64,000 nucleotides of DNA from Octopus sinensis (Eukaryota), in contig NC_042999.1 in NCBI RefSeq assembly GCF_006345805.1, forward strand, positions 6,510,001 through 6,574,000, written 5' to 3'. The translations under genes were made by a program, and so were the position numbers. The first letter of the stretch is position 1. Every line of letters begins with the position of its first letter. The notes beneath the pieces were generated by a model. That model had not been told where the DNA came from, made no database searches, and worked only from the letters and a program-made list of their open reading frames with translations. Below are positions 37,358 to 50,410 of the stretch, piece after piece.

Positions 37358-38428
37358 TATATGTGTGTGTGTGTGTGTATAGTCCCTCTGTTATCTCAAC
37401 CTCTACAATATGGCCACATACATACACGCACAAATGCACGTGAATGATGTATGTTTTTCGTTATCACAGACGATCACTGGTGATCCAGTTGCGACCGTCC
37501 TGTGTTTTGGTATATCGGTGATCATATTATCCATTCAAGATAGTTGGATGAGATTTGGTCGCTATTTTTCGAAAGTTGAGTAACTACATTATATCTCTGT
37601 GTGTGTGTGTTTTGATATTATGCGCCTTAAGTAGAATTTCTTTCGGATATTTGAAGAAATCTACGCCATAAATCTCATGGAACCTTTACATAAACACAAC
37701 AGATATTCCATTGCAAGAATCTCGACCAAATCTCTATTGTAAAGTTCCGTTTTTTTTTACGATACATCACAATAAAATTTTTAAAAAATGTAAGAAATTT
37801 CTTTATTTCTAGAAAAAAGTTTGCAATCGGAAGGTAAATACATTTCGTAGCTGAACCGTGAACATCGACGTTTAACTTTACAAAGATTCACCAAGGGAAA
37901 GTAAAAAAAAATCAATCTGAAGTAATACGTTGGAGATATATTATCAGGGTTAATTATCTATGTTAATGAAGTATGTTAATTATCGATGTTAATTATCGGT
38001 TAATTTGTTTTTGTATTTGGTTTGTAAAATTCTTAAAGTGAATTCGTGTGTGAAACAAATATTGTCTTGGGGGTCATTATACTAACAACAACAACACCAA
38101 CAACAATAACAACAACAACAACAACAATAATAGTAATAATAATAGTAATAACAAAAATAATAACAGTAACAACAATAATAACAATAATAACAATAATAAT
38201 AACAATAATAATAACATCACACGCACTAGTTCAGTATCACTTCATTATTGTGAGTCAGTTATTATTATTGGTGTAATGACCATCCCAAGATACAACAATA
38301 TCTATGTTAATGATATATACTAATTATCGATGCTAATTATCGATGTTAATTTTCAGATAAAATGGCTAAAATGCTCCTCTGTTCCAAATGACAATATCCG
38401 GTGTGTTATTCTTACATTTGACAGAAGC

Positions 38429-38476
<48 letters not shown>

Positions 38477-38713
38477 TTGTATGTATGTGTGTGTCTGTGT
38501 TGGTTCCCACCCTTCCAGCTGACAACCGGTGTCGATTTGTTTACGTTCCTGCAAACTAGCAGCTCGGCAAAGAAACTGATAGAATAAGTACCCAACTTTA
38601 AAAATGAGTATTACGGTCGGTTCGTTCAGCTAAACTCTTCAAGTCGATGCCTCAGTATGGCCGCGGTCCAATGACTGGAACCAATTAAAAGATAAAACGT
38701 TATTTTGTTGACC

Positions 38714-38899
38714 AGGCGTAGGAGAAGCTGTGTGATAAGTAGCTTGCTTACCAACCACATGGTTCCGAGTTCAGTCCCACTGCGTGTCACCTTGGGCAAG
38801 TGTCTTCTTCTATAGCCTCGGGCTGACCAATGCCTTGTGAGTGGATTTGGTAGACGGAAACTGAAAAGAAGCCCATCGTATATATGTATACATATATAC

Positions 38900-38947
<48 letters not shown>

Positions 38948-39163
38948 TGTGTGTGTGTGTATGTCTGTGTTTGTCCCCCAACATTGCTTGACAACCGATG
39001 CTGGTGTGTTTACGTCCCCGTAACTTAGCGGTTCGGCATAAGAGACCGATAGAATAAGTACTAGGCTTACAAAGACTAAGTCCTGGGGTCGATTTACTCG
39101 ATTTACTAAAAGGCGGTGCTCCAGCATGGCCGCAGTCAAATGACTGAAACAAGTAAAAGAGTA
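38714..39163 (+). mobile_element. SINE-A
   Basis: Full copy with (TA)n(TG)n centre. Confidence 0.85.
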
Positions 39164-39804
39164 ACAAAGTCTATATTTGACAGAAGTGTGTATGTGCGCG
39201 CGCGCGCGTGTAATCGATCTGATTGATTTCTGTCGATTAATATTCATTGGAAGACGAATTGAAAGATGGAGTGAAGCCGGTGGATGGGTTTGAAACGAAG
39301 ACCCAGGAGAGATCAAACTAGATATCAAATGACATTCATCAGACGTGTTTCTACTTGATTGGATCCAGTCGTTTCGTATTTTTTTTCAAAGATTTAATTT
39401 CGACGCGAGAAGTGCAAAGAAGTGGAAAAGCAAAACGGATTTGTTGAAGAAATCAGTTTGTGACAGATTTTCAGTGAAATAATGGAAGAATTCAATTAAC
39501 GAATGCGGGGGTCATGCAGTTGTGATTTCTAACGCTTCCACAGGTCAGGAGATTAATCTTTAATGCCGAGTAAGAAATATATTGATTGACATTGTACTAA
39601 TTGATCTTTCACAGGAACGTTCTTTATTAAATCGTATTATCGATGTCTTAAGCAGTGCTCAAGTAAAGAAATTGCCAGTGAAATTATTATTATAGCCATG
39701 TATGTCTTGTAAAGCTGCAGCACAAGACGTGTGAAGGACATGTTGTGGCATTGTAATTTGTCATTCAGGGAAGACGCATCTATCTAGGAAGCTACAGTGT
39801 ATTA

Positions 39805-40035
39805 CAGGGGCTCCCAGCAGCGGCTCCCAACCGTTTTATTTAAATGAGTTTTCCCATGGACCCCTTTTAATACGCTTATTCTTATGTATTCTTTTTTTTA
39901 ATTCTTTTACTTGTTTCAGTCATTTTGACTGCGGCCATGCTGGAGCACCGCCTTTAGTAGAAGAAATCGACCCCAGGACTTATTCTTCGTAACCCTAATA
40001 CTTATTTTATTGGTCTCTTTTGCTAAACCGCTAAG

Positions 40036-40103
<68 letters not shown>

Positions 40104-40661
40104 ACACACACAAGGAGACAGAGTTGCATACATATACAAACACATGCTCACACACACACATACATAGAAAATACACAAACACGGAGATGCAAGCACATGA
40201 ATATACAGGATACATACATACAGATGCACACACACACGCATATATGCATCCATACACATGCATACATACATACACACATACATACGTACACGCATGCATG
40301 CATAGGCACACACACACACACTGACCCACACACTCATGCGCACAAACAAACAAAAGGGAACGCAGTGTAACTAGCGGACAGAGTGAAGACCATTGAAAAG
40401 GTTGCAAGACGCAACGAAAATTTTAGGAAAATAAAAATAGGAAAAAAGTGGAAATTTTACCAGTGAGTGTGTTACATTATAAGGCACAAAAAGAAAATGA
40501 CTCTCCCCAGACACAACAGAATATGCTTCAACACACGAACTCATATAAAGAACCTTGCAAACCAAATCCAAAAACGAAATATATATATATATATATATAT
40601 ATTTATATGTATGTATGTATATGAAATTATATGTATGTATGTATGTATGTATGTATGGATG

Positions 40662-40692
<31 letters not shown>

Positions 40693-41206
40693 GTATGTAT
40701 GTATGTATGTAAGTATGTATGTATGTAAGTATGTATGTATGTATGTATGTATGTATGTATGTATGTATGTATGAATGTATGGATGTATGTATGTATGTAT
40801 GTAAGTATGTATGTATGTATGTAAGTATGTATGTATGTAAGTATGTATGTATGTATGTATGTATGTATGTATGTATGTATGTATGTATGAATGATGTATG
40901 TATATGTATGTAGTATGTATGTATGTAGTATGTATGTATGTATGTATGAATGTATGTATGTATGTATGTATGTATGTATGTATGTATGTATGTATATGTG
41001 TGTATGTATGTGTGTATGTGTATGTATGTAGTATGTATGTATGTATGTAAGTATGTATGTATATGAAATTATATATGTATATATATATATATATATATAA
41101 TAAAATAAATATTAGGGAATAAATCCAAACTTACAGGAAAAAATCAGATTTAGGATTGAATCCAATTTATAGTAAAATATTATATTATATTAAATTAGAG
41201 AATTTA

Positions 41207-41255
<49 letters not shown>

Positions 41256-41261
41256 AATATA

Positions 41262-41309
<48 letters not shown>

Positions 41310-41393
41310 CTCCATATATGAAATTTTGAATTTAGTTAACGGAAACCTAGTACTACCATTGAGGACCACCAGGGGCCAGGTTGGGAGCCGCTG
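39805..41393. mobile_element. hAT-type MITE inflated by nested SINE fragment and microsatellites
   Basis: Perfect 15-bp TIRs CAGCGGCTCCCAACC (39818-39832) and GGTTGGGAGCCGCTG (41379-41393). A partial extra left TIR begins at 39805, where the flanks GTGTATTA / GTATATTG match at 6/8. Confidence 0.55.
40600..41060. repeat. (TATG)n microsatellite
   Basis: Directly visible. Confidence 0.97.
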
Positions 41394-41629
41394 GTATATT
41401 GATACGAGTGAGGGTGCATGGCTTCGTGGGTAGGGCGTTCGGTTCGTGGTTGTAAGGTCGCGAGTTTCATACTCGGCGACACTTTACTTCACATTGCTCC
41501 TGTCCATTCAGATGGGAAAAGATGTGCTGTACCCGTAATTCAATGGGGTCCAGCCTTGTCACATTCTGTGTCTCGCTGAATCTCTCTACGTTAAGGGTAC
41601 GCGTGTCCGTGGATATGTCTGTCCATCTT

Positions 41630-42020
41630 TTACTTGGTTAAACCATTCAACTGCGGCCATGCTGCAGCACTGCCTCGAAGAATTTTTAGTCGAACGAATC
41701 GATCACAGTACATATTTTTTTCAAGAGCGGTAGTTATTGTATGGGTCTCTTTTATCGGACCGCTAAGTTGCGGGAATGTGAACACACCAACGTCGGTTAT
41801 CAAGCGGTGGGTGGAGGACAAACACAAGTACAGAGACAAACACGCGCACACACACACACATATATACAACAGGCTTCTTTCAGTTTCCGTCTACCAATTC
41901 TACTCACAAGGCTTTATTCGGTCCGAGACTATAGCAGAAAACACCTACCCAAGGTGCCACAGAGTGGGAATGAACCTAGAACCAGGTGTTTGAGAAGCAA
42001 GCTTCTTAACACACACCTAC
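41630..42020 (-). mobile_element. SINE-A, diverged
   Basis: Tail, body and head recognisable. Confidence 0.7.
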
Positions 42021-42544
42021 GACTGAGCCAACACACACACACACACACACACACACACCACACATACACACACACACACACACAACACACACACACACAC
42101 ATGCACACCCACACACACACAAAATTTATTTAACAATCTCTAAGCACGCCTACCCACACGCACATTGACAAAGCAGACGATAATGTAGTTTAAAAGAGTC
42201 TAAAACTATATTATCTCTCTGATAGTAATCTCAATTTCAGCTGCCATTGTTTAGACTCGTTACATTATCTCTGCTGGCATATAAATAGGAACGCTGTACT
42301 TGATTGCGTTGTATTTCATAAAACTAACAACTGTAATATTTCGCCGACCAATCAGAAGTCTCTCTTTTTAGTCTCGTCTTCAACAAAAGGAAATACAATT
42401 TTGATGCAAAGGTTTTGGTGAATGTTTTAAAAAGCAAATAAATAAACCATTTCTAGAATAATATATGGATTTTAGTGTCTTTTAATATTTTTCTTTTTAC
42501 TCCGAATTTGAAAAGAATAGCTCGAAAATGCTTAATTAAACATT

Positions 42545-42870
42545 AATAATAAGAGCACTCAGACAGCGCAAACCTTCGCCATGGCAACAGCAACGATGAT
42601 TTTTAAAATGAGAATCTCTGAAATAAACCCGACTGCTCTCAAAAATTAAGTGAAAACAAAAAACCGGAAATATAATCCAGAATCCTTGTCCAGTACGGGA
42701 TCGATCCCAAAATCTAATCAGTTCGTGCCAGTCACAAGGCCAAACATTCCTGAAAGTTTCATCGAAATCCATCCAGCAGTTCTTGAAATATTTTGTCCAC
42801 GGACAAAGAAACAAACAAACACAACTGAAAACAATACCTCCGCCTTCGCTAAGGCGGAGGTAATTATAAA
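42545..42870 (-). mobile_element. Helentron/DINE-1-like non-autonomous element
   Basis: Terminal 12-bp hairpin TACCTCCGCCTT-CGCT-AAGGCGGAGGTA, (GTTT)n tract, subterminal inverted motif, no TSD. Other copies at 49960-50257 and 59218-59583. Confidence 0.65.
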
Positions 42871-44073
42871 TTTCTGTACTTTCTTAATGATTCAAATCGT
42901 TAATACTTCTGCACTTCTCTGAAGAGTTTCCTAAGAAGGAAACATGCTTGCAGTTGTCTCCCTTGCTGATATAAACATAAATATTTTTCATCAACTAATA
43001 TTTTTCCTTCATAGTATATCCGATATTACGGTGGCTTTCAATTTAAGGCATTAATTTGCAGCATTGTATTACCCTCACTCACCTAATCCTATTTATTCGG
43101 TGTTTATTTAATAAAGCAATTGTCCTCAGGGATGGATGCTAGATTTGTTAATTTAATTGTTTAATTGCTGAACATTTTTGCACAATTATAACTCAGTTAT
43201 GTCGACATGATGTCATTATCGATATCTATCAAAACAAAAAGCACATATTCATCTTATTGCACAACACATGACATATACAACACACATACATTCAATAGCA
43301 AAACCACTATATTAACCCATTGCCTGCCATGGGCCCCATTTGACAGTCTCACTGCCGGGTGTTCGTTGTATTTAAAGTGAATTGCTTATGTACATGGCAT
43401 TTGCAGAGGTGTGTTTAACAATATTTAGTTGTTAAAGTTTGTCATTATTAGCTCTGGCTAATTCTAGACGACATTTTATGTCATAAATCGTAGTTTTTGA
43501 ACTACAAAAATATTGACTGTTTTGAAAACGTTTTTTTTTTTTTTTTGCATTTCCCATCTGTATCATTCATTTATACTTCATACACATTCTCAATTGATAC
43601 TATAGTTTCAAAAAGACTAAAATGTTTATTATTGCAATTGAATAGAAAAGGATAAATATACTTTTTTTCAGCGATCCCCATTTGAGACTTTCCGAAAAAT
43701 TTATCATAATTTCCAAAATGATTCACATGTGAAGAAAATTTTAAATACTATATATTATTTGAACTCCTAAGACACCTGGCAAAGCCAAAAAAATATGAAT
43801 TAAAACATCTGGCAATTAATGGGACTTATGCATATATACAACATTTATATCTTTAATAACATCAATGTGTATAACACGAAGTCCAATAATATTCTATAGC
43901 GGACCAACACACACAACAACATTAATTTATGCTACACCAACGGACACGTTAACATTGCACCATCGATGTAAGAAATAAATTACATTTCTCTTTTAGACTT
44001 TAATCTTGCAGTAATATAAAGAATCACTTTCTGTGTGTATGTGTGTGTGTGTGTGTGTTTTATATATATATAT

Positions 44074-44362
44074 TGGCTAGGGCAGCAGACTCGCGGTCGT
44101 AGGATCGCGGTTTCGATTCCCAGACCGGGCGTTGTGAGTGTTTATTGAACGAAAACACCTAAAGCTCCACGAGGCTCTGGCGGGGGTTGGTGGCGGTCCC
44201 TGCTGTGCTCTTTCACCACAATTTTCTCTCACTCTTTCTTCTGTTGGCCTGCTCGCTGAGCCAGCGGGGTGGCGTCATTTGAAGGCTAAAACAATGCGAA
44301 TGCATTGTGACCAGCGATGTGTAGCAACATCTGATAGCCTGGTCGGTCACGGTGATCACGGC
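44074..44362 (+). mobile_element. SINE-B head and body with an alternative 3' tail
   Basis: Matches SINE-B to ...CTCTCACTCTTTC, then continues with an unrelated tail (...GAAGGCTAAAACAATGCGAATGCATTGTGACC...). Confidence 0.7.
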
Positions 44363-44363
44363 G

Positions 44364-44395
<32 letters not shown>

Positions 44396-44400
44396 TGTGT

Positions 44401-44785
44401 GTAAGCGCAATGGCCCAGTGGTTAGAGCAGCGGACTCGCGATCGTAGGATCGCGCTTTCGACTCCCAGACCGGGCGTTGTGAGTGTTTGTTGAGCGAAAA
44501 CACCTAAAAGCTCCACGATGTTCTGGCAGGGGTTGGGGTGGCGAACCCTGTTGTACTCTTTCACCACAACTTTCTCTCACTCTTTTCTTTTTCTGTTTCT
44601 GTTCCAACAGTATTTGAAAAGGGCCAGCCTTGTCACATTCTGTGTCACCCTGAATCTCCCTGACAACTACGTTAAGGGTACACGTGTCTGTGGAGTGCTC
44701 AGCCACTTGCACGTTAATTTCACGAGCAGGCTGTTCCGTTGATCGGATCAACTGGAACCATCGTCGTCGTAACCGACGGAGTGCC
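44401..44785 (+). mobile_element. SINE-B
   Basis: Full copy ending ...CGTCGTCGTAACCGACGGAGTGC. Confidence 0.85.
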
Positions 44786-44786
44786 G

Positions 44787-44824
<38 letters not shown>

Positions 44825-44973
44825 ATATATACATACACCCTTATACTATCCACCCGTAATAACAAAATATGAACTCCTATTGGAATCTGCATACCATGGA
44901 CAAGAAGCATTTCTACCCATTCTACACAGCACTTTTCTTGGATAATGAAACTGTAACATCCTACACACACACA

Positions 44974-45014
<41 letters not shown>

Positions 45015-46199
45015 GCACGCACACACACACGCACACACATGCACACGCACACACACACATACCCTAAAGGATGCAGTCGAATTGTGGAAATGGTAAAATA
45101 CTTGTCTGTATGTTTGTCATTGCTTAATTATGTTAATCAATGTCCTGAATTGAAATTCCGTAGCCAAATCGATTGATAATGAAATCCTTCAAAAATGGTG
45201 CTTTTGTGCCAATGCAACCTAATATTTTAGCAGTAAACAAAGATCGTATGATATCACAATGAGTACCGTAGGAAATGTCTTGTAGTGCTTAGTTCCATCT
45301 CTTTACGATCTGGCTTCGAATAGTATAGGGATCGGCTTGGCTTGGCTTTTCATCATTCTAGTGTCGACAAAAGAGATTTGGTATATGAAGAGGTGATTCA
45401 CTGGATTCGATCTCAGTATTAATGTGTCGCCCATATTCTTCGAGAAACGCTAGTTACAAATGTACTTTAAGAGTTCTGGAACCATTGCCTTCTTAGAGAA
45501 GCTCAGTACTTCATTAGACAACAGGAATATTGACTGGTGAGTCTGTAGAGTAAAGGTCAACCTAGCAGAAATGGTTCCTATCCTGTCATTGAAACCAGAC
45601 AGTGTCCAAGACCGCGATGTCTATCATATCATCGTCTGAGTTTTGTTAGCTCGCCATGTTGAGTCCATGTCCTTCCACGAAATCAACGTCATCAACACTT
45701 ATAATGGGACTGAATTTGTGGGGTTCCATGACTTTCATTTCAAAGTAGTCTCGAAAATACGAGGGGCACCAACATGGAAGCAACAGTGACACATCTTCAA
45801 GAATGAAATGGTCTCTTGTCTAAATTTATAAAATTTGAACATTTCATTCTAAATTTGATTTGTGAAATGTTAATAAAATGTTAATTAAATGTTAATTAAA
45901 TTTCTCAAATGTTCCTCTTAAATTTTGCTGCCGAGTGCAGGTTTACTGCCAAATCTCAAATCGCTGACCATCGCACACGTCTCTACTTACACATTTCCAC
46001 AGAAATTTAGGAAAAAAAATCTAATGAATTTGCAAACAATAAGGACCAGCGCAAAATATTGTAGTGATAAACGCTAGCGCGACCCGAATTCTCTTCACGT
46101 TTGACTCCATTAATCTGGCAAAAACCTAAATGATGACACAACCAGAAGCCACAAACAGCGCAGGTTTCATATCAGAGCTTTCTTTTTGGATGTTTGTTT

Positions 46200-46484
46200 A
46201 CGTGGGTCCCAGCTGATACGATCAAGGGAACAGCCTGCTCGTGAAATTAGCGTGCAAGTGGCTGAGCAATCCACAGACACGTGTACCCCTAACGTAGCTC
46301 TCAGTGGGATCCAGCGTGACACAGAGTGTGACAAGGCCGGCCCTTTGAAATACAGGTACAACTCATTTTTGCCAGCTGAGTGGACTGGAGCAATGGAAAA
46401 TAAAGTGACTTGCTCAAGGACACAACGCGTCACCGGGAATCGAACTCATGACCTTACGATCCTGAACCGAATGCCCTAACCACT
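46200..46484 (-). mobile_element. SINE-C head joined to the SINE-B-type tail
   Basis: C-type head/CORE followed by GTACCTGTATTTCAAAGGGCCGGCCTTGTCAC..., as in SINE-B. Confidence 0.75.
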
Positions 46485-46572
46485 ATATACACAAATACAT
46501 GCACACACACACACACGCACACAGACGCGCGCACTCAGACACACTCACATGCACACACACACACATATAGTA

Positions 46573-46830
46573 GTGAGGGCGCATAGCTTAGTAGTTAGGG
46601 TGTTGAACCCTCAATCTAGCGAACGTGGTTTCAATTCTTAGACCGAGTGCGGCGTTGTGTTCTTGAGCAAAACACTTCATCCCACATTCTTCTGCCGACA
46701 CTTCGATACTAGACCCGTGGTACACTTGTGCCCGTTTTCAGGCAATGTCGATTTGATGCAGGGACCGAGCTAACGCGCGGCACGAACATTTGATCACTAG
46801 AAACAAATCATTTGTGCAGCTCGTCCGGCA
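46573..46830 (+). mobile_element. SINE-C head with a third tail type
   Basis: C-type head to GAGCAAAACACTTCAT, then a tail not seen on the other C copies. Confidence 0.6.
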
Positions 46831-47105
46831 GCTGTTGACTTTCATCAGTCCTTTGGTAAATTTAGTTTTCTTTTCCTTTTTATCCGGCAGATGTCCAAAC
46901 TCGTCCGCCTCAACATGCACGCTTTGGTGGGGCTGTCGGTTTATTATTCGCCGACGACTCGGCCATGCACAGGTCACGTTAGTTCATGCGTATATAAAGG
47001 AAGACAACGTGTACACATACACGTATGGATGCACATACAACTGCACTCACATATATACACATGTTTGTTGACACACACACACACACACTCACAGAGTATG
47101 AAGCC

Positions 47106-47153
<48 letters not shown>

Positions 47154-47169
47154 GGGGAAGAGAGAAATA

Positions 47170-47402
47170 TATTTCTTTACTACCCATAAGGAGCTCAGCA
47201 TAGAGGGGACAAACAAGGACAGACAAACGGATTAAGTCGATTACATCGACCCCAGTGCGTAACTGGTGCTTAATTTATCGACCTCGAAAGAATGAAAGGC
47301 AAAGTCGACCTCAGCGGAATTTGAACTCAGAAAGTAACGTCAGACGAAATATGGCTATGCATTTCGCCCGAGGGGCTAACGATTCTGCCAGCTCGCCACC
47401 TT
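47170..47402 (-). mobile_element. SINE-D monomer with 19-bp TSD
   Basis: TSD GAGGGGGAAGAGAGAAATA at 47151-47169 and 47403-47421. Confidence 0.9.
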
Positions 47403-47446
47403 GAGGGGGAAGAGAGAAATAATGAGTACAGTATATATGGAAGTAT

Positions 47447-47826
47447 GTGGAAGCACTCCGTCGGTTACGACGACGAGGGTTCCGGTTGATCCGAATCAAC
47501 GGAACAGCCTGCTCGTGAAATTAACGTGTACGTGGCTGAGCACTCCACAGACACGTGTACCCATAACGTAGTTCTCGGGGATATTCAGCGTGACACAGAG
47601 AGTGACAAGGCCGGCCCTTTGAAACACAGGTACAACAGAAACAGAAGAAAGAGTGAGAGAAAGTTGTGGTGAAAGAGTACAGCAGGGATAACCACCATCC
47701 CCTGCCGGAGCTGCGTGGAGCTTTAGGTGTTTTCGCTCAATAAACACTCACAACGCCTGGTCCGGGAATCGAAACCGCGATCCTATGACCGCGAGTCCGC
47801 TGCCCTAACCACTGAGCCATTGCGCC
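47447..47826 (-). mobile_element. SINE-B with 13-bp TSD
   Basis: TSD TATATGGAAGTAT at 47434-47446 and 47827-47839. Confidence 0.9.
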
Positions 47827-48095
47827 TATATGGAAGTATATACGTATGATGTAGAGGTTTGGTGCAGACAGTGTTAGAATCAGAGGAGTACCTGGGCTTA
47901 TTTTGCTTCAATGAGATTAGGTAAGGAGAAAAGCTGCAAATTAAAAAGTCTTTAAAACCTTAATTAATCAATTAATGCAATTAATACGAAATAATTAGCG
48001 GAGGAGGAAATAAAGCAGATCAAAGAGACTTTTTGTTTTAGCTGGTGTTTCTGATGCGTCTTGCTGAAAAAAAAAAACCCTATAAAAATGGGGGT

Positions 48096-48138
<43 letters not shown>

Positions 48139-48397
48139 TAAAGAAAGGAGAAGGAAAACAGTAAATTTTTCGAACTGTCAGGTGGACACGTTGCTGTTTT
48201 GTTCGGAAGAGATTGCGACCGGACAAAACACAAATCAACAAGTTTTCAAACCGGAATTAATCCATTAATGTAATTAATACAAAATATTTGACGAAGGAAG
48301 GAGGAACGAAGAGAATGAAACGGATCAAAGACAGGTTTCATTCCTCCTCTCACGTCTTCAGTTCATTCTTTGCATTATTGAAGATGTGCTTATTTTT

Positions 48398-48760
48398 GTG
48401 GAAGCGTAATGGCCCAGTGGTTAGGACAGTGGACTCGCGGTCGTAGCATCGCAATTTCGATTCCCAGACTGGGCGTTGTGAGTGTTTATTGAACGAAAAC
48501 ACCTAAAGCTCCACGAGTCTCCAGCAGGGGATGGTGGTGATCCCTGCTGTACTCTTTCACCACAACTTTCTCTCACTCTTTCTCCCTGTTTCTGTTGTAC
48601 CTGTATTTCAAATGGCCAGCCTTGTCACACTCTGTGTCTCGCTGAATAGCCCCGAGAACTACGTTAAGGGTGCACGTGTCTGTGGAGTGCTCAGCCACTT
48701 GCACGTTAATTTCACGAGCAGGCTGTTCCGTTAATTGGATTAGTAACCGACGGAGTGCCA
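48398..48760 (+). mobile_element. SINE-B
   Basis: Full-length, slightly diverged copy. Confidence 0.8.
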
Positions 48761-48986
48761 CGTATTTTTCTGTTTGTCCCGGTTAAAAAAATGATCACGT
48801 GGTTTTCCGTTTTCTTCTACGACCAGAGATCTCTCCTGTATATATGTGTATATATAGAGTGGCAATACGTAAAATATACACAAGGTGACGAGCTGGCAGA
48901 ATCGTAAGCATTCCGGATTAAGTGCTTAGCGGTATTTCATCCATCTTTATGTTCTGAAGTATAAATCTTTTGCAACTGTGTTTATG

Positions 48987-49551
48987 TTGGGTTGTCCGGA
49001 AAGTTCGTGCCGATTTATAGTAGCTTACCTTTCGACTTTATTAGAACACGGCTGAGTCCATAAAATAGGATTTGACTACACCTCCATTTAGAGCAGAGTT
49101 TAAGCTATGTTTTCGTGGAAGAAGGTTTATGTTCCTATAACCTGTGTTAATTCTGTAACCCTTTAAAATGGAAGATAAGAAAGTTCATTTTCGGCACTTG
49201 ATGCTTTGGGAACCAGACAAAAATTTGTGCAGCTCGGCTGGGATGTGTTACCCCACCCTCCATATTCACCAGATATTGCTCCTTCGGATTTCCATTTATT
49301 CAGGTCTCTGCAGAAAAGTCTTAATGGTAAACATTTCAATTTCTTGGATGACGTAAAAAGATACCTTGATGAATTCTTTGCCATGAAACCATCTCAATTC
49401 TGGGAACAGGGTATTTTCAAGTTAAAGGAAAGATGGAGACGCATTATGCAACAAAATGGTTCCTATTTGGTTGATTAAAAATGTAATGGCAAGTATTTAT
49501 TGACCTTTTTCTTTCCTTTAAAAATCGGCATGAACTTTCCGGACAACCCAT
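48987..49551 (+). mobile_element. Internally deleted mariner (DD34D) element, copy 1
   Basis: TIRs TTGGGTTGTCCGGAAAGTTCGTGCCGATTT / AAATCGGCATGAACTTTCCGGACAACCCA. N-terminus MEDKKVHFRHLMLWE is fused to C-terminus LGWDVLPHPPYSPDIAPSDFHLF...NGSYLVD. Confidence 0.92.
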
Positions 49552-49562
49552 TAGACTTTTAC

Positions 49563-49884
49563 GTGAAGGCGCGTGGCTTAGTGGTTAGGGTATTGGACTC
49601 GCGCTCGTAAGGTGGTGAGGTCGATACCCGGCTACGCGTTGTGCTCCTTGAGCAAGACACTTTATTTCACATTGTTTCAGTTCACTCAGCTGGCTAAAGC
49701 GAGTCATACTTGTAGCTGATAGAGCCAGCCCTGTCACATTGTGTCACGCTGAATCTCCCCGAGAACTACGTTAAGAATACGCGTGTCTGTGGAATGCTCA
49801 GCTACATGCACGTTGATTTCACGGGGACGCTGTTTTGTTGACCAGATCAACTGGAATCTTCGTCGTCGTAACCGACAGAGTGCC
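49563..49884 (+). mobile_element. SINE-C head with SINE-B-type tail
   Basis: Same architecture as 46200-46484. Confidence 0.7.
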
Positions 49885-49959
49885 AGTATGTACAATTTTA
49901 ATTTTATTGAACAAAAAACCCTAGATTTATGTCTAACTTTATATATTTTCTTGCAATTG

Positions 49960-50257
49960 TTGTTTTCAGTCGTGTTTGTTTGTTTCTTTGTCCGTGGACA
50001 AGATATCTCAAGAACTGCTGGATGGATTCGGATGAAACTTCAAATGATGTTTGGTCTCGTGACTGGCACAAACTGATTATATTTTGGGATCGATCCGGTA
50101 CCAGACAAGGATTCTGGATTATTTTCCCTGATTTTTTTTTTACTTAATTTTTGAGAGCGGTCAGGTTCAATTTTAATATTCTCATTTTAAAAATAATCTC
50201 TGGCTATTCCTTGAGAGGACGTTGGTGTTGCCTTGACGGAAGTCTGAGTGCTCTTGT
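49960..50257 (+). mobile_element. Helentron/DINE-like element, 5'-truncated
   Basis: Homologous to 59218-59583 but without the terminal hairpin. Confidence 0.65.
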
Positions 50258-50410
50258 TACTATATTGATAAGCAATACACTAAACAAGTAATCCTAACAG
50301 AAATCGGTTTTATTCTGCAAGAGCTCTGGAGAGAAAAAATATTTTTTGTTCCGCAGTTTGTTGTTCTAATGTAAAGATATCTGCTTGGCTCAATATGTGT
50401 GCACGAAATA

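Noticed and set aside
42918-42950. CTGAAGAG...GGAAAC hammerhead-like string
   Set aside because: The GAAA is consumed by the only possible stem (TTTCC/GGAAA), and no stem III or stem I forms.
43316-43823. piggyBac-type MITE (TTAA-CCCATTGCCTGCCA ... TGGCAATTAATGGG)
   Set aside because: TIR match is only 11/14 and there is no TTAA at the right end.
44401-44475. tRNA gene calls at SINE heads (also 30270-30344, 47755-47826)
   Set aside because: A and B boxes are present but there is no acceptor stem, and each continues into a SINE body.
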